The notes below the pieces were generated by a model. That model searched no databases and was not told where the DNA came from. It saw only the letters and a list, made by a program, of their open reading frames with translations. DNA of 64,000 nt, from NCBI RefSeq assembly GCF_036321535.1, contig NC_087436.1, positions 97,280,001 to 97,344,000 of the forward strand. The letters are read 5' to 3'. Position numbers and translations under genes: made by a program. The DNA comes from Camelus dromedarius. Lineage: Eukaryota. This document shows, in pieces, positions 35,801 through 49,491 of this stretch (positions are counted from its first letter, which is position 1; every line of letters begins with the position of its first letter).

Positions 35801-38390
35801 GAGCACAGTATATTCAAAGTGCTGAAAGGGGGGAAAAAAAAGAAAAGAAAAGGAAAACAAACAAACAAAAAAACCCCCTCCCAACCAAGAATACTCTCCT
35901 GGCAAAATTATCTTTCAGAATTGAAGGAGAGATAAAGAGTTTTCCAGACAAGCTAAAATTAAAAGAGTTCATTACCATTAAACTTGCCTCACAAGAAATG
36001 TTAAAAGGATTTCTTTAGCTAAAAAGAAAGTGCTCTAAATAGTAACAAGGAAACAAATGAAAGTATTTGGTAAATACTGGTAAAAGTAAATATATAGTAA
36101 AGATAGTGGATTACTCACTTATAAAGCTAGTATGAAGGTTAAAAGACAAAACTAGTAAACATTATTATAACTACAATAATTAGTTAAGGGATACACAACA
36201 TAAAAAAGATGTAAAATGTAATATCAAAACATAAATCATAAGGGGCAGAGAGTGAAAATGTAGAGCTTTAGAATGTGTTCAATCAAACTTACATTGTTAT
36301 CAACCTAAAATAGACTGTTATAAATAAGTAGTTGTATATAAGTCTAATGGTAACCACAGAGCAAAAACCCATAGTAAATACACACAAGATAAAATGAAAG
36401 GACCTAAGTATGCCACTGAAGACAGTCATCAAACCACAAAGAGAGTTTAGAGAACTACAAAATAGCCAGAAAACAATTAACAAAATGGCAATAAGTACAT
36501 ACCTATTAGTAATTACTTTAAATGTAAATGGACTAAATGCTCCAATCAAGAGACATAGAGTGGCTGAATGGATTAAAAAAACAAAACAAACAAACAAACA
36601 AAACGGGACCCATTTATATGCTGCCTACAAGATACTCACTTCAGATGTGAGGACACACTGATTGAAGTACAAAGAAGGGGAAAAAAAAGATTTTTCATGC
36701 GAATAGAGACCAAAAGAAAGCTCTGGTAGGTACACTTATATCAGACAAAATAGACTTTAAAACAAACATTGTAATAAGAGACAAATATGGGTATTACATA
36801 ATGATAAAGGGATCAATCCAAAAAGAGAATATAGTATTTGCACATATTTACGCACCCAGCATAAGAGTACCTAAATTTATAAAGCAAATATTAACAGACC
36901 TAAAGGGAGAAATAGCAATATAATAATAGTAGGGGACCTTAATACCCCACTTACACCAACAGATCATCCAGATAGGAAATCAATAAGGAAAATATTTTCC
37001 TTAAACTGCACATTATACCAGAAAGAATTAACAGATATATACAGAGAATTCCATCTAAAAGCAACAAAATACATATTCTCAAGTGCACACAAAACATTTT
37101 CCATGACAGATCATATGTTAGGTTATAAAACAAGTCTTAGTAAATTTAAGAAGATTGCTCATTTCAAGCATCTTCTCTGACCACATTGTATGAAACTAGA
37201 AATCAATTACTAGAAGAAAATTAACAAATATGTGGAGATTAACTAACATGCTACTGAACAATCAACAAAACCAAAAGGCAACCTACAGAATGGAAGAAAA
37301 TGCTTACAAATCATGTATCTGATAAAGGCTTAATATCAAAACTATATAAAGAACTCAAACAACTCAATATGAAAAAATCTGATCAAAAATTGAGCAGAGG
37401 GTCTGAATAGACATTTTTCCAAAGAATACATACTGATGGCATACAGGTATGTGAAAAGACGCTCAACATCACTAATTATCATGGAACTGGAGATTAAAAA
37501 CCACAACAGAGATATCACCTCACACCTGTCAGAACGGCTACTTTAAAAAAAAGCAAGAAGTGTTGCTTACAATGTGGAGAAAAGAGAACACTGTGCCCTC
37601 TTGGTGTTAATTTAAACTGGTTCATTCACTATAGAAAATATCACAAAATTTCCTCAAAAAATTAAAAATAAAATTACCACGTGATTCAGCAATTCCACAC
37701 CTCTAGGTATTAATCCAATGAAAACAAAGACAAAGTCAAACAGATAGGTTTGACAGCGAATCCTCATGTTCACTAAAGCATTATTACAACAGCCAAGACA
37801 CTAAAAACAACCTAAACATTCCTTGATGGATAAATGGATAAAGAAAATTGGTGTATAAATACACAACAGAATACTCTTCAGCCACAAAAGAAATGAATAA
37901 AATTTTTCCATTTACAACAAGGATAGGCCTTGAGGACATTATGCTAAGTGAAAAGTTGGAAAGAATAAGATAAATACCATATGATCTCACTTATATGTAG
38001 ACTCTAAAAACCAAACCAAACCAAAAAAAACCCACTGAGCTGATGGAAAATTGAACACATTGGTTGTTGTCTGAGGTGAGGGTGAGGGATGGATGAATTG
38101 GGTATAGGGGTCAAAAGGTACACATTTCCAGTTATAAAATGAATAAGTCATGGGGATGAAATGTACAGCATGGCGAGTATAATAAGACTGATCACATATT
38201 TGAAAGTAGCTAGGATACTGGAGCTTGAGAGTTCTCATCACACACACAAAAATTTGTAACTCCGTATGATGAAGGATGTTAACCGGACTTACTGTGGTTA
38301 TCATTTTGCAACATATACAAATATCAAATCATTACATTGTTCACCTGAAAATAATACAATGTTATGTCAATTATACCTTAATTTTAAAAA
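32822..38390 (+). mobile_element. L1MA9-like L1 with long repeated 5'UTR, RT deleted
   Basis: ~2.2 kb 5'UTR; ORF1 from 35095; ORF2 MAISTYLLVITLNVNGLNAPIKRHRVAEWI from 36485; jump at ~37260; 3' end tgtcaattataccttaat; degenerate TSD aagattaagagtatg / aaaattacagatatg. Confidence 0.92.
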
Positions 38391-41300
38391 ATTACAGATA
38401 TGAAGCCAGTCTGGAAACATTGCAGAATTTTCAGGCGTGGCATTCAGGCCAGGGATTACTTCCAACTGTGCGGGCCAGCCAGGGCACATAAACAGAAGTA
38501 GATGAAAGCTGCACAGGCCAGTGCTATACAGATCTGAAGAGGTTAACCTCCAGCAGCCCCAGGTGAGAAATAAGGCTTAGGCAGAAATAGCCCCAACACA
38601 CAGGCACTGACCCCACATTCAAGCTAGCTCGGAGGAAATTGCAGAAAGCAGTTGTGGTTTTTCGGTGGTTGTTTGGTTTTTAACAAAATGACTAGAAACA
38701 GCTGTTTGAAATCTGGAAGAGATGTGCAGATCTACACAAAGAGTGCAGGGCTAGTAACTCCAGAGCAGGAAATAGTTTATTCTTTGCCATTATTCTAGTC
38801 ACTTTTCTGAGTGTGTGTTGGAGGGCGTGGGTGAGTGGCTAAGGGATGGAAGGTGCAAGATGCTTCCGGAGGGAGAGAGGCAGAGCCCAGCAGGTGCTGC
38901 TGCTGTTCCCAGCAAAGCCTGGATCCCTCACACGGAGCCATTTTTCCCTCTGTATCTTCCTATCCTTGGCAAATGCCCTGAATACCCCTTTTACTCCTTC
39001 ACCTGATTCTTCCTTGTCTGTATCTCTGCTGAAAAAGACAGTGATAATTATTTAAATAGTATGACTATTTGTCATAGGCATTTAGCCATATTATTTTTCC
39101 CCTTTAATGAGGTAGGAGTGATATTGGGGAAATTTTACGTTTAGTTGGCATAAATGTTCTTGGAAAATTTTTAAAAATGTAAAAAGATGACATTTTACAA
39201 GATTGCTTTCCATTCTTAACATAATGAACAATTCAGTCACTGTTGAATAGCGCAATCTATTTTACTTCTTTGAACAAACTCCACTGTAAGAGCCAACATC
39301 ACCCATGTGCTTCCAAAGCAGAAAGTAATTATCATCACAATTGCTTTTACAAAGATGCACATTTTCTTTGCGGCATCGCTTCTCATCTTCACCTTCCTCC
39401 CCCATTTGTATTCATATGTCCAAAGCGGCTGTATAAAAAAGACTACCTCTTCTGCATCTTCTTATCTAGCTCTGTTGAGATATTAAAATAGAGCTAACTG
39501 TTGCCCACGTCACCAAAGGTATGTTATAGGTCAAGGCAAATTGTCAGGGTCTTTTGAGATTCTGAAGGAACTTCAAAAATACACATGTTACCTCCTAAGG
39601 AAAAACATGCAAAAGTATTTCCATTTGGATATTTAAGAAAAACACAAGGCTTTTACATTGCTACTCTGATCTTCTTTATTCCTGGATCCTTTATAATCTT
39701 TGTTTGTTTGTTTGAAGTTTGAAAATATTCACATTTCAGAGTCTTTTGAGGGAGCCAAGTGCTTTCAACTATAATTGAAAATGCTTTAGAAAAAATAGGA
39801 AGACAATGGAAAGTTGGATAGAGGAAACCTTTTGCCTTCTCTATACAGCTGTGCAGGCAGAGAAGGTCCAGTCAGAGATATTAGTGGTCCTCAAAGATAT
39901 GCCAGAAGATTGATATCCAAAGGGCTAATGTTAATCACTGAATTCTCATAGTCAAACTGTCCAGAATCTGCTAGAGCTCCCACTAAATGGCACAGAGGGA
40001 GAAGGAAGAAAAAGAACAGAAAGGATCTTATGTACTCATGTGGCTAAATTTTTATAAGACTAGTTACTTGGTCACATAAATTGACCTGGGTGATAGGAGC
40101 TCTCTTAGAATTTGGAAAACAGAGAAACAAGACTGTTTGATAAGAATTATAAAATCCACCCAAAATGATGAGATTCAAAGTAACCTTGAAGAAAGAAGTT
40201 GGCCTCCTGGGCAGAAGAAGATGAAAGAAGATATTAATGAATCTAAAAAAGAATTATTTATTAGAAACAGGGATTAATTAGCATAAAATATAGAAAAGCA
40301 AGAACATTAGGCAATCAATGACAGCAGCTTCTCGTCCTAGTTCTGTCCTGGGGAGAGAGTACACTGATAAAAGATTCACCATGCCTGGTTTTGGTAGCAG
40401 GTATCTCTCGACTCTGACAATGGATGTAACTGTCAGAACCCTGAAGCAATTAAATATTGAAATGCTGAACTAATTCTCTTCGCCCTGATTTCTGTGCTCA
40501 CCAATCAATTTTAGATTATAATTTTATTTTGCAGGAGGTGGTTTTCCTTCAGGGAGAGAAGGCCAGCTAGAGTACATGCACGGCTAATCTTATCTTTTAA
40601 GCTTAGTGTGATTGTATCTCTGAAGCATAGGTCCTTACTGCCACCGAAGTCACCAGGCAGGCAAAACTCGGGAATGACAATGATGAGATCAATACGGTAA
40701 ATGCCAATTTGGAGGCCCTCTGCCTGCCTGCCAGTCAGCTTTCTGATGACAGCATCATTTCAGAGTATTGATTGAAATAGAGAACTTAGTTCCAAGTGAG
40801 AAGATGTTCCTAATCTACTCTCCCTTTCAGCCTACACCCGGAATAATGGGCACCAAATGAAGAGTGTGGGGCGTGCGTGAAAGTCTTGGAGTGCGTTCAG
40901 AGAAGAGAGACTGAGATATTGAAAAGACTAGAAATCATGTTTTATGAATGGGGGAAGACACCTAGCCAGGAGAAGGAAGAGGAAGAGGATGAGGACACAG
41001 AAACGGATCTTATAATCTGAAGCACTCTCCTGTTGAAGATGAGACAGATCACTTCTGTATTCACAGTGAGTGGATCATTATAAGGAATAAGTCTTTGATA
41101 GGTTGAACTTCCCGATAACTGAAGGAGTTGTTCCAAAAGGAAAAATAAATTTTCTGCTTTTGCAAGTATTCTAACAAAACCTGTACAACAGCAGCTTGGT
41201 AGGGATGTTGAAGAATAGGTGCCTGGAGTGGATATGTTTTCTAGTCACATTAATGTCTCACTTAAAAAATGTTCTGCATTTAAGGATATAGTTATAGGAC

Positions 41301-41454
41301 TAAATTCTGAACCACTGAAATATTTATATAGTGTGGTATATGGGAGAATTGATTTTATTTATAAGGTGGTATTTTAAACCATATTTTCACAGAGTTAATC
41401 ATTTTTCACTCATGACATTTTGACTTATATCACATGGTGCAAAACCTCTACTCT

Positions 41455-42780
41455 GAGAACGATATATGCTGTTGAGACAATGAAAATCCAAATAAATGGA
41501 GGTATATGCCTTGTTCATGGATTGAAATATTCAGATTAGTAAACATGTTGATTCTTCTCAAGATAATCTATAGAATCTTTCCAATCCCAACCCAAATCTC
41601 AGTATCTGTAGGGCATGTTTTTGTGTGAGCACGTGTGTGTATATGTGTGTATGTGTGTGTTGACAAGTTGATTCCACAATTTTTATGGAAACTCAAAAGA
41701 TAAAGAAAAATAGCCAGTGTAATTTAAGAGAGAAGTAAAAAGATGAGTAATTTACAAGATAGCAAGACCTATTATAAAGCTGAAAAAATTAAGACAGTGT
41801 AGTGTTATCAAAAGTAAAGAAAAAAAAGAATAGAGATTCCAGAAACAGGTTCACACAGACTTAACCTCATTTGTGACAAATATTGTGTCACAATATTCAA
41901 ATATTGTCTAGTAGTTGGGAGAGGACTGTCTTTTCAACAAATGTTACTCTGTCATTTGGACAGCCACACAGGAAAAAAATCTAATGCCTGCTTTGCACCA
42001 CACCCAAACACCCTTACCCACCCTAAAATTTTAATAGACTCAAATCTAAACCTAAAGGCAAAACAATAGGAGAAGACAGAATCTCTTTAGCATACTGGAA
42101 TAAATGATGATTACTTAAGCAAAAAATTAAAAATTACTGTTAATGAACAAATTGATAAATTGGACTTCATATTATTTACAATGAAAATCACTGAAAATAC
42201 CAAGTATTGGTAAGGATATGAGCAAGAAGAACTCTCACAGACTCTGCTGAGAGTGTAAATAGCCACAAACACTTAGGGAAATTGACCCAAAAGTTTCATT
42301 CCTAAGTATACATCCTACACAAATGCAAAGGTATGTACTAGAACCTTCATAGCATCATTGCTTGTAATAGCTAAAAACTGGAAATATACAGAAATATATA
42401 GAATTGATAAGTATATTCACAAAATGGTATAACATACACCAATTAGAAGGAACGATATGAGTGAATCTAAGATAATGCTGAGTGACTCAAGATCAACAGA
42501 ATTTGTGCTGTATGTATAGTTCACACAAAGGATAAAAAATAAATCAAACATATATATATATATATTCTGTTAAAATTCAGGAGAATGATTGTCTTTGGTG
42601 GTAGCTCAGGACTGGGAGGGAGCACAAGAGAAACTCTGGGATGATAAATTCTATTTCTTAATCTGGGCACTCTCCAAGGTATGGTCAACATTTGAACATC
42701 TGAATTGTTCACTCATGATAGGTGCACATTTCTGGATGTTTATTATACTCTGAAAATAGTTTGAAATCATAAAAAAGAAA
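41455..42780 (+). mobile_element. Old L1ME-like ORF2 end and 3'UTR
   Basis: aaataaatggaggtatatgccttgttcatggattg (NKW..PCSWI-like), then 3'UTR gataaattctatttcttaatctggg. Confidence 0.75.
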
Positions 42781-43109
42781 AATGTGTTTGCAAAAATATT
42801 CTTAGGTATTTGCTGTTTTCTAATACTATTTCAAATATTTTAAAAATTACAAGTCTGTAACATGTTCGTTAGGGTCTAGGCATGCACTTCTGCCTCTAAA
42901 TCTTCATTCCAGCCACCTTGCTCTCCCCTTTTCTTCTTGTAATTTAACTACAAAACTTCATTTTCATTAACTCAAAATAAATGTATCCTCTTCAAAAGTG
43001 ACATTTTTTACTTACTCCTCTCCAGTCTGCATGACTCTAATTTCCTTACCTTGTTTTATTATATTGATAAGAGATACATTATGAAAGAGCAGCAAGAATG
43101 GTGGTTATT

Positions 43110-43700
43110 TTAGTGCTCAACCTGATTTTAAGGAGAATGCATGATGTTTACTATAGGACCTGTATGAATATCCTTACTTAGGCTAAAATTTTCATCCTAC
43201 TACTAATTTAATAACAGGTTTTTAAAAATGAATTTATTTTGAGTTTTATCATTGCTTTGTCTTCATCTAAAATGATTTTTTCCCTTTAATTGGTAGAAGT
43301 CATGATTTATGTTTCTGCATTTTCTAATATTAAGTCATTCTTGCATACACAGAAGAAAAAGACTCATTCATGGAGTATTTTATATAGACTGTTGGATTTT
43401 ATTTTAATTAGTTAAGGACTTTTTCATTAATATTCATGAGTAAACTGGACCCAAAAGATTCTTTTATTTCCGTATTTGTTGACTTTCAAAATCATGTTAT
43501 GCTGGTCTTTTAGAATTACTTGTGGAGTTTGTTTGTCTTCTTTTTCTATGAGAGTTTTGAAAAGACTGGGATGGCAGTTGCTGTTTTGAAAATTTGATAG
43601 AACTTGTAAAATCATTTGAGTAAGCTGTGCTTTGGGAGGTGTGACTTTAAGCTATTCCTTCATTTCATTTAGTAGTTACAGATTTATTTAGATTTTTTAC
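43110..43700 (-). mobile_element. Old L1 ORF2 fragment
   Basis: Antisense RT-region remnants (cctgattttaaggagaatgc, tattcatgag, tgatagaacttg). Confidence 0.55.
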
Positions 43701-43779
43701 AATCTTTTGTTGTGATTTAAAAAATGTTAAGTGGACTAAAACTGTCTTATAAAGAAACTGTCACACTGTAAAAATATTT

Positions 43780-44945
43780 AAAATTCAGATATATGCTGTT
43801 TATAATATAATTAGATAAAGCAAATACATATGCAGAGATTGAAAGTTAAGTAATGGAAAAAGGTGCATCAAGCAAATAATTATCAAAATAAAGACTGCAT
43901 ATCTATGTTAATATCAAGCAAAATAGACTTTTAGAAAAGAAGCATTACTGGGGGAGCATAAATGTATAGTAACAATACATTCTATTCATCAAATGATACA
44001 GCAATTCTAAATGTGCATGCTTCTAGCAAACTGACCTCAAGCATTAAGAAGCCAAAATAATAGAACTATAGGGAGAAATTGATACATCTTCCATTATAAA
44101 GGGAGAATTCAATAAACCTCTTTAAATTAATGATAGCACAAGTCGAATAAAAAGCCAGCAAGAATCTGTAAAATCTAAACAATTAGAAAGTTTTGCTGAG
44201 TTCAAGCATATTGAACTCTGTACATCACAGTTAGCAAATATATATTTTTTCATGCACACATGGATCATTTAAAAATCGATCATATATTAGGCTGAAAGCC
44301 TCAACATATTAGAAAGTGAAGATGTCACATATATTTTCTGACAGTGCAATTAAGAAGTCCATTTCTAAAAATAGCTTTAAAAACTTATAAATATAAATTC
44401 AAGTATACATTGCTAAATAATTAGTATATTAAATAAAAATTACAATATGAATTTTAAAACATGTAGAACTAATGGATAATGAAAAACTTCTATCTCAGGA
44501 CATTTGGAATTGAACCAAAGTGGTGAAAATCTATACCTTTAGATACTTCTAGAAAAAGTTGTTTAGAGAAAATTATTGAAAAAAAAAAACTTATTTAGAA
44601 AAAAGCATGAAAATTAGTGTGTTGTGCCTATCTGAAGCACGAAAAATAAAATAAATCCAAAGAGATTAAAAGAAATATGTAATAAAAACAGGAGTGTAAA
44701 CCAATGACAGAAAATAAAAATACCATGTGGAAGAATAAAAATATGAAAATTTATTTCTATAAAAATATATCAAAAAGGCACACCTTTGGTGACATCTAGA
44801 AAAAGAAAAGATACAAAATACTGTAATTTTAAAAGTGGATATAAGGGATAAAAAGGAATTTAAAACATAATGACACCACTGACAACTATTTGCCAACATT
44901 TTTGTAAACTTCAGTAAAAGACACAAACCCATGAAAAAGGCAGCA
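43780..44945 (+). mobile_element. Old L1 ORF2 EN-region fragment
   Basis: tatatgctgttta...atggaaaaagg...caagcaaat...aaaatagactt...gatcatatattagg. Confidence 0.7.
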
Positions 44946-45239
44946 TATTAAAACTTTTTAAGTTTTATAGCATACTTTATATCTGTATTCTCCTTCCGAC
45001 GAGTAATTACATAACTATGTTTTTTACTAGTTGAAATAGTCTTTCTTATACCCTTAACCATGTACATAGACAATGTATTTTTGTAGAACCCAGTAAGTGA
45101 ATTTCTACAGCTTTGTTAAAAAAAAAATCCTATTTAAAATCTAGATTTGAGTGTATCAAAGTAAAAGGGAAATTACGTACAAGAATCAATTTAGTATTAA
45201 AAGAATTTCTCTTAAAATTATCATGAAATTGTAACATTA

Positions 45240-45590
45240 ACAATGTTGATTGTATATGTGAGGGTTCATCTCTGGGCTCTTGATTCCACTCCACTGGTTC
45301 ATGTGTCCATTTTTATACCAGTGCCATGTGCTTGGATTGCCATAGCTTTGTAGCACAGTCTGAGGTCTGAAAGGGTGATGCTTCCAGCTTTGTGTTGCTT
45401 TCTCAAGATTGTTTTGGCTATTTGAGGTCTTATGTAGTTTCACTCAAGTTTTAGGATTGTTTTTTTCTCTTACTGTGACAATTGCCTTTGGGATTTTGAT
45501 AGAGATTGCATAGATGGTTTTGATTAGTATGGCCATTTAAACAATATTAATTCTTTCAATCCCTGGACATGGGATATCTTTGCATATACT
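45240..45590 (-). mobile_element. L1 ORF2 post-RT fragment
   Basis: Antisense ORF STWHWYKNGHMNQWSGIKSPEMNPHIY. Confidence 0.85.
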
Positions 45591-45860
45591 TGTCTCCATG
45601 ATGAAACTTTAGTTAGGTTCCTCTGAGCTCTCTTCTTGACTAAGCATTTTCATTGGCTTGCCTGTAGCAAGAATCCTTTGAGACTAGTTTAGCGAGAATC
45701 ACCAACCCTTAGTATAAAATCAAGTTCCTCATCCCCCACACTTCATACCCTCATCCTTTACTTTCCCTTGTTGTGTTTGGAGTTAAGTTCAATCTCTATA
45801 CTCCATTGCAAAGTCTTCTCTACTGGTTTCACAAATGTCCAAAAAATGTTTCTTCAACGT
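45591..45860 (+). mobile_element. MER31-like LTR (internally deleted)
   Basis: aaactttagttaggttcctctgag...agcaagaatcct...gtttagcgagaatc...caagttcctcatccccca...tttggagttaagttcaatctct. Confidence 0.75.
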
Positions 45861-46379
45861 TTTTAGGAAAAAATACTAATTAGCAGTATAAAATTTTGAT
45901 TTTACATCTCTACCTATGAAACAATTTTCTTTAATGTATGTCAGATTCCTTTTTACTTACCAAATGTGAGAGCTGATTTAGTATATTACTTAACACAAGA
46001 AACCTGATACAGATACAGTTATGTTAACTCTGATCTTGGGCAAGATTTTCAACCTTTAATCAGTATTTCAGTTGAAAGAAAAACAAGAAAATATACTATT
46101 TTCCCAGTTCAGTTATAGGAGAAGTGAGAGGTTTGGGTTGATTACTAGGATTTTTGGTATAAGAAGTCCTTCTATCAGTATAAATAAAGCGCAGTTTTAT
46201 TCATCTGTGGTACCTATTTACTAGGGGAGGGGTTGTATGTAAGAAAAACAGAATATTTTCAAATAAACAGAAAGTGGCAGACAACATCCATACAAGGGAA
46301 ACGTAAGGAGAATTTATAAATTGAGATGATTTCCGGTGAAAATTCATCTACAAAATCAACCATCCTGCAGATGAAAACA

Positions 46380-46960
46380 TTTTGAATCAGACATTCAAAT
46401 ACTCAGAACAGAAATAGTTCTCTGGAGTCACTCAGGACCAGGAAGAATCTGTGTCCCTAGAAGCCAGAGTGTAAAAAACCCTATTCAAGGGGATTAAAAT
46501 ACAGTGCTTAGAAGGGCACTGGCCCAGTATTGGGACCAAATTATCCATCAGCTGAAGCCTATTCAGTTCCCAACTACCAAAGACTTTAAATAATCCTTCA
46601 AAGCATCAATATGATTCCAAATGGCTTAATGGCAACCCAAAACAAAGCCCAACATTATTCACAGGAACAAAAATATCCAGCAGGCAACAATGTAAAATGA
46701 AAAATGCTGGTCTCCTACCTAGAGTTACCAGGTGTATAATGATACAGTGGAATAGAATTCATCAGTAGCAAACAAATCCATCAACAGACCCGAAGCAACA
46801 CCAATGGTTGAACTGGTACAGAACGACTTTGAAACAGGCAGGGGAAGTGGACTCTCTATGGTCAAGCCTGGAGGGGAAGGGGAAGGAAGTACTAGAAAGA
46901 CAGCAACCTCCACGGAATCTCCAGAGATGGAAAGTGCAGTAACTGACATAAAAGGCCGAC
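46380..46960 (+). mobile_element. Old L1M 5'/ORF1 fragment
   Basis: aaatatccagcaggcaacaatgtaaaat...caaatccatcaacagacc...atggaaagtgcagtaactgacataaa. Confidence 0.5.
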
Positions 46961-47069
46961 GCAGACACACAGTCCCATTAAAGTCAGGAATCCGTGAAGA
47001 GGGGTTCCGTGGAGCAGTTGAGAGGCAGCCTAGAACAGCTTTAAGGTCATGGACCTTAAAGGAGCTGCA

Positions 47070-47290
47070 GTTTCAGGTTCTCACTCCCAGCTCTGAAGTT
47101 ACAACTGTGGATCCCTGTGTAAGGCTGTTATCATGCTGTGTCTCAGTCTCCCTCTCTGTAAAATGAGTATGGTAACAACACCTTCCAGCCGGCTTGTCTA
47201 AGTATTAAAATATTTACTATTTGTAAAGAACAGAGACGTTTGCCCGGCACAAGTTTTAATGGCTCTAAAAATACCTGTGAAATAAAATGA
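47070..47290 (+). mobile_element. MIR
   Basis: Core ctgtgtctcagtctccctctctgtaaaatgag. Confidence 0.65.
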
Positions 47291-47814
47291 AAGCCAACCC
47301 AGCTATTGTCCCACAAACACACAGAAAGCAGTTTCCCTCTTAACTTACCTTCCATTTTATTCTTCAGTTTTTGTTTTGTTTTTTTTTTTCCTGCAGCCAC
47401 AGGGCCTGCAGAGAGCGGGCATTTCCTCTTCCCTGCTGGAGTTCGAGAGTCAGGAGCTCCCGGAGCGTAGTAGAAGCCTGAGCTCCTCGCTGCTTCGTGT
47501 GGTCTCTGAAGCCCACAGGAGGGCCGGTCACTATTAAAGGTCTTGGAGGTGATCGCTCCTCTCCTATCACTCAGCAGTGCTCGTCATCAGGCTGCTCATA
47601 CTCCTGACGTGGGTCTAAGGCAGTCACTCAGCGGATAGGGTGACTTTCTAGACAAGGATACCCCTCAGAGGTATTTCCCCGTTATTCTGCCCTCGACCTT
47701 GATGGACACTTTCAACAGTTTAACATAACTTCCAGGTCGAGCGAAGCTCTTCCGCTGGTCTATAAGCTCGGTGAAACTGCAGATCCTACAAGTGAATTCA
47801 GCGGCAAAACAGCG

Positions 47815-47978
47815 TCCCAGCCCTGATTCTACAGTAGAATCAGCTGGAAGGCATTTTGAAGGCCAGCCTCAGTGATTCAGACTTAATTATTTTGGGCTGG
47901 GTCCCAGGCATTTGTGTTTGTGGAAATCTCCCCCGGCGATTCTAACAGCCACCCTGGGATGAAATCTGCTGGTCCAGA
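47815..47978. mobile_element. MER5-type hAT-Charlie MITE
   Basis: tagaatcagctgg...gattcagacttaatt...tgggtcccaggcatt...ctcccccggcgattctaa. Confidence 0.65.
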
Positions 47979-48611
47979 GGAACATCCTGCACTTTGCCAG
48001 GAGCTGCACTCAAGTGCCTGGGGCCTCCTTGGGCCACTCCTACCTCATCATGCTCCAGGGAGGCCGGGACTTTAGTAACTGAGTCGCACCCAGGCTGCAG
48101 TAACTACCTGGAGAGGGTTTAACTCTCCTGATGGAGTTGCTTTCCCGAGATTCTCACGTGATGATAAAAGTTGGAGCCGGGGCATGGGAGTTCTGAAGGC
48201 CTCAGGTGGTTCTAAAGCACAATCAACGTGGAAAAGCTCCTCTTCAAAGGGTGAGATGAGTGCAGGCCTTTGTTTTGCCCCCTAAGAGATGATGTTTCTC
48301 TTGTAATGACTAAAGAGCTTTCAATGCTTCCCTGTTATCTACAAATACAGGTCTTCTAAGGCCATGACTCAGCAGAAACTCTCCTTGGATTCCCCTGTGG
48401 ATCCCACACACACCCATGATTTCCAACTTTTCCTCATACCTCTTTTCTGGTGACAGGTCTTTCCACCCAGAGATGCATCACTACACGCCTGCTGAAACCT
48501 CAACCATGTCCCGCTCTGTTCCTCCAAATTCACTTTAATTCCAAAATTCTCACTGTGTGAACTTTCCTAAGTTGTACTGGAACTTTTCCTATAATGGTAG
48601 TGGAAAACTTT

Positions 48612-49122
48612 AATTTATTTTTAATCTAATTTTTTAAACTATTTTATTTTTTAATTAAAATTTTTTATTGAAGTATAGTCAGTTTACAATGTGTCAATTT
48701 CTGGTGTAAAGCATGTTTCCGTCATCTCATATACGTACATATGTTCATTTTCATATTATTTTTTATTATAGGTTACTACAAGATATTGAATATACTGCCC
48801 TGTGCTATACAGAAGAAATTTGTTTATCTATTTTATATATAGTAGCTAATATTTGCAAATCCTACACTCCCAATTTGTCTCTTTTCAGCCCGTTCCCCAC
48901 CAAGCAACCGTAAGTTTGTTTACTGTGTCTATGAGTCTGTTTCTTTTTTGTAAATGAATTCATTAGTGTCTTCTTTTTTCTTTTTTTTAGATTCCACATA
49001 TGAGTGACATCATGTGGTATTTTCTTTCTCTTTCTGGCTTACTTCACTTAGAATGACAATCTCCAGGTCCATCCATGTTGCTGCAAATGGCATTATTTTA
49101 TTCTTTTTTATGGCTGAGTATT
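48612..49122 (-). mobile_element. 5'-truncated camelid L1 3' end
   Basis: T-rich tail at left; same 3'UTR as the 16359 element; TSD atggtagtggaaaa (48594-48607) / atggtattggaaaa (49123-49136). Confidence 0.9.
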
Positions 49123-49491
49123 ATGGTATTGGAAAATTTTTAACTGGCAATTTTCTATTAGCTTATAAGTTTCCTCTCATCCCTTTAAAAATATAAGCAG
49201 CCCTAAATCATGGTGAAATGTACTTCCCTTGGACTCATATTGACACTGAAGGAGGAAAATCATGAGACAGGGTGGGAAGCTTTGCTCCTTGTTTATGGAG
49301 AGGTCTCCACTTTCATTGTTCTTGGTTTTCAGACCAGTTCTCCCTACAGGGGTTACTGGAAGAGGACATTGCCTTAGGGGATGTGGGGAAGGGCATCTGA
49401 GCCTAGGGTGGTGGTGTTCCAGTCCCATCTAGATGTGCCTGACTGATGCCAGTTGGTGAAGGATGGGTTGGATTTCAACATATGTGGGTCC

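Noticed and set aside
46804..47166. 120-aa ATG ORF
   Set aside because: Spans an old L1 fragment and a MIR; no coding signature.
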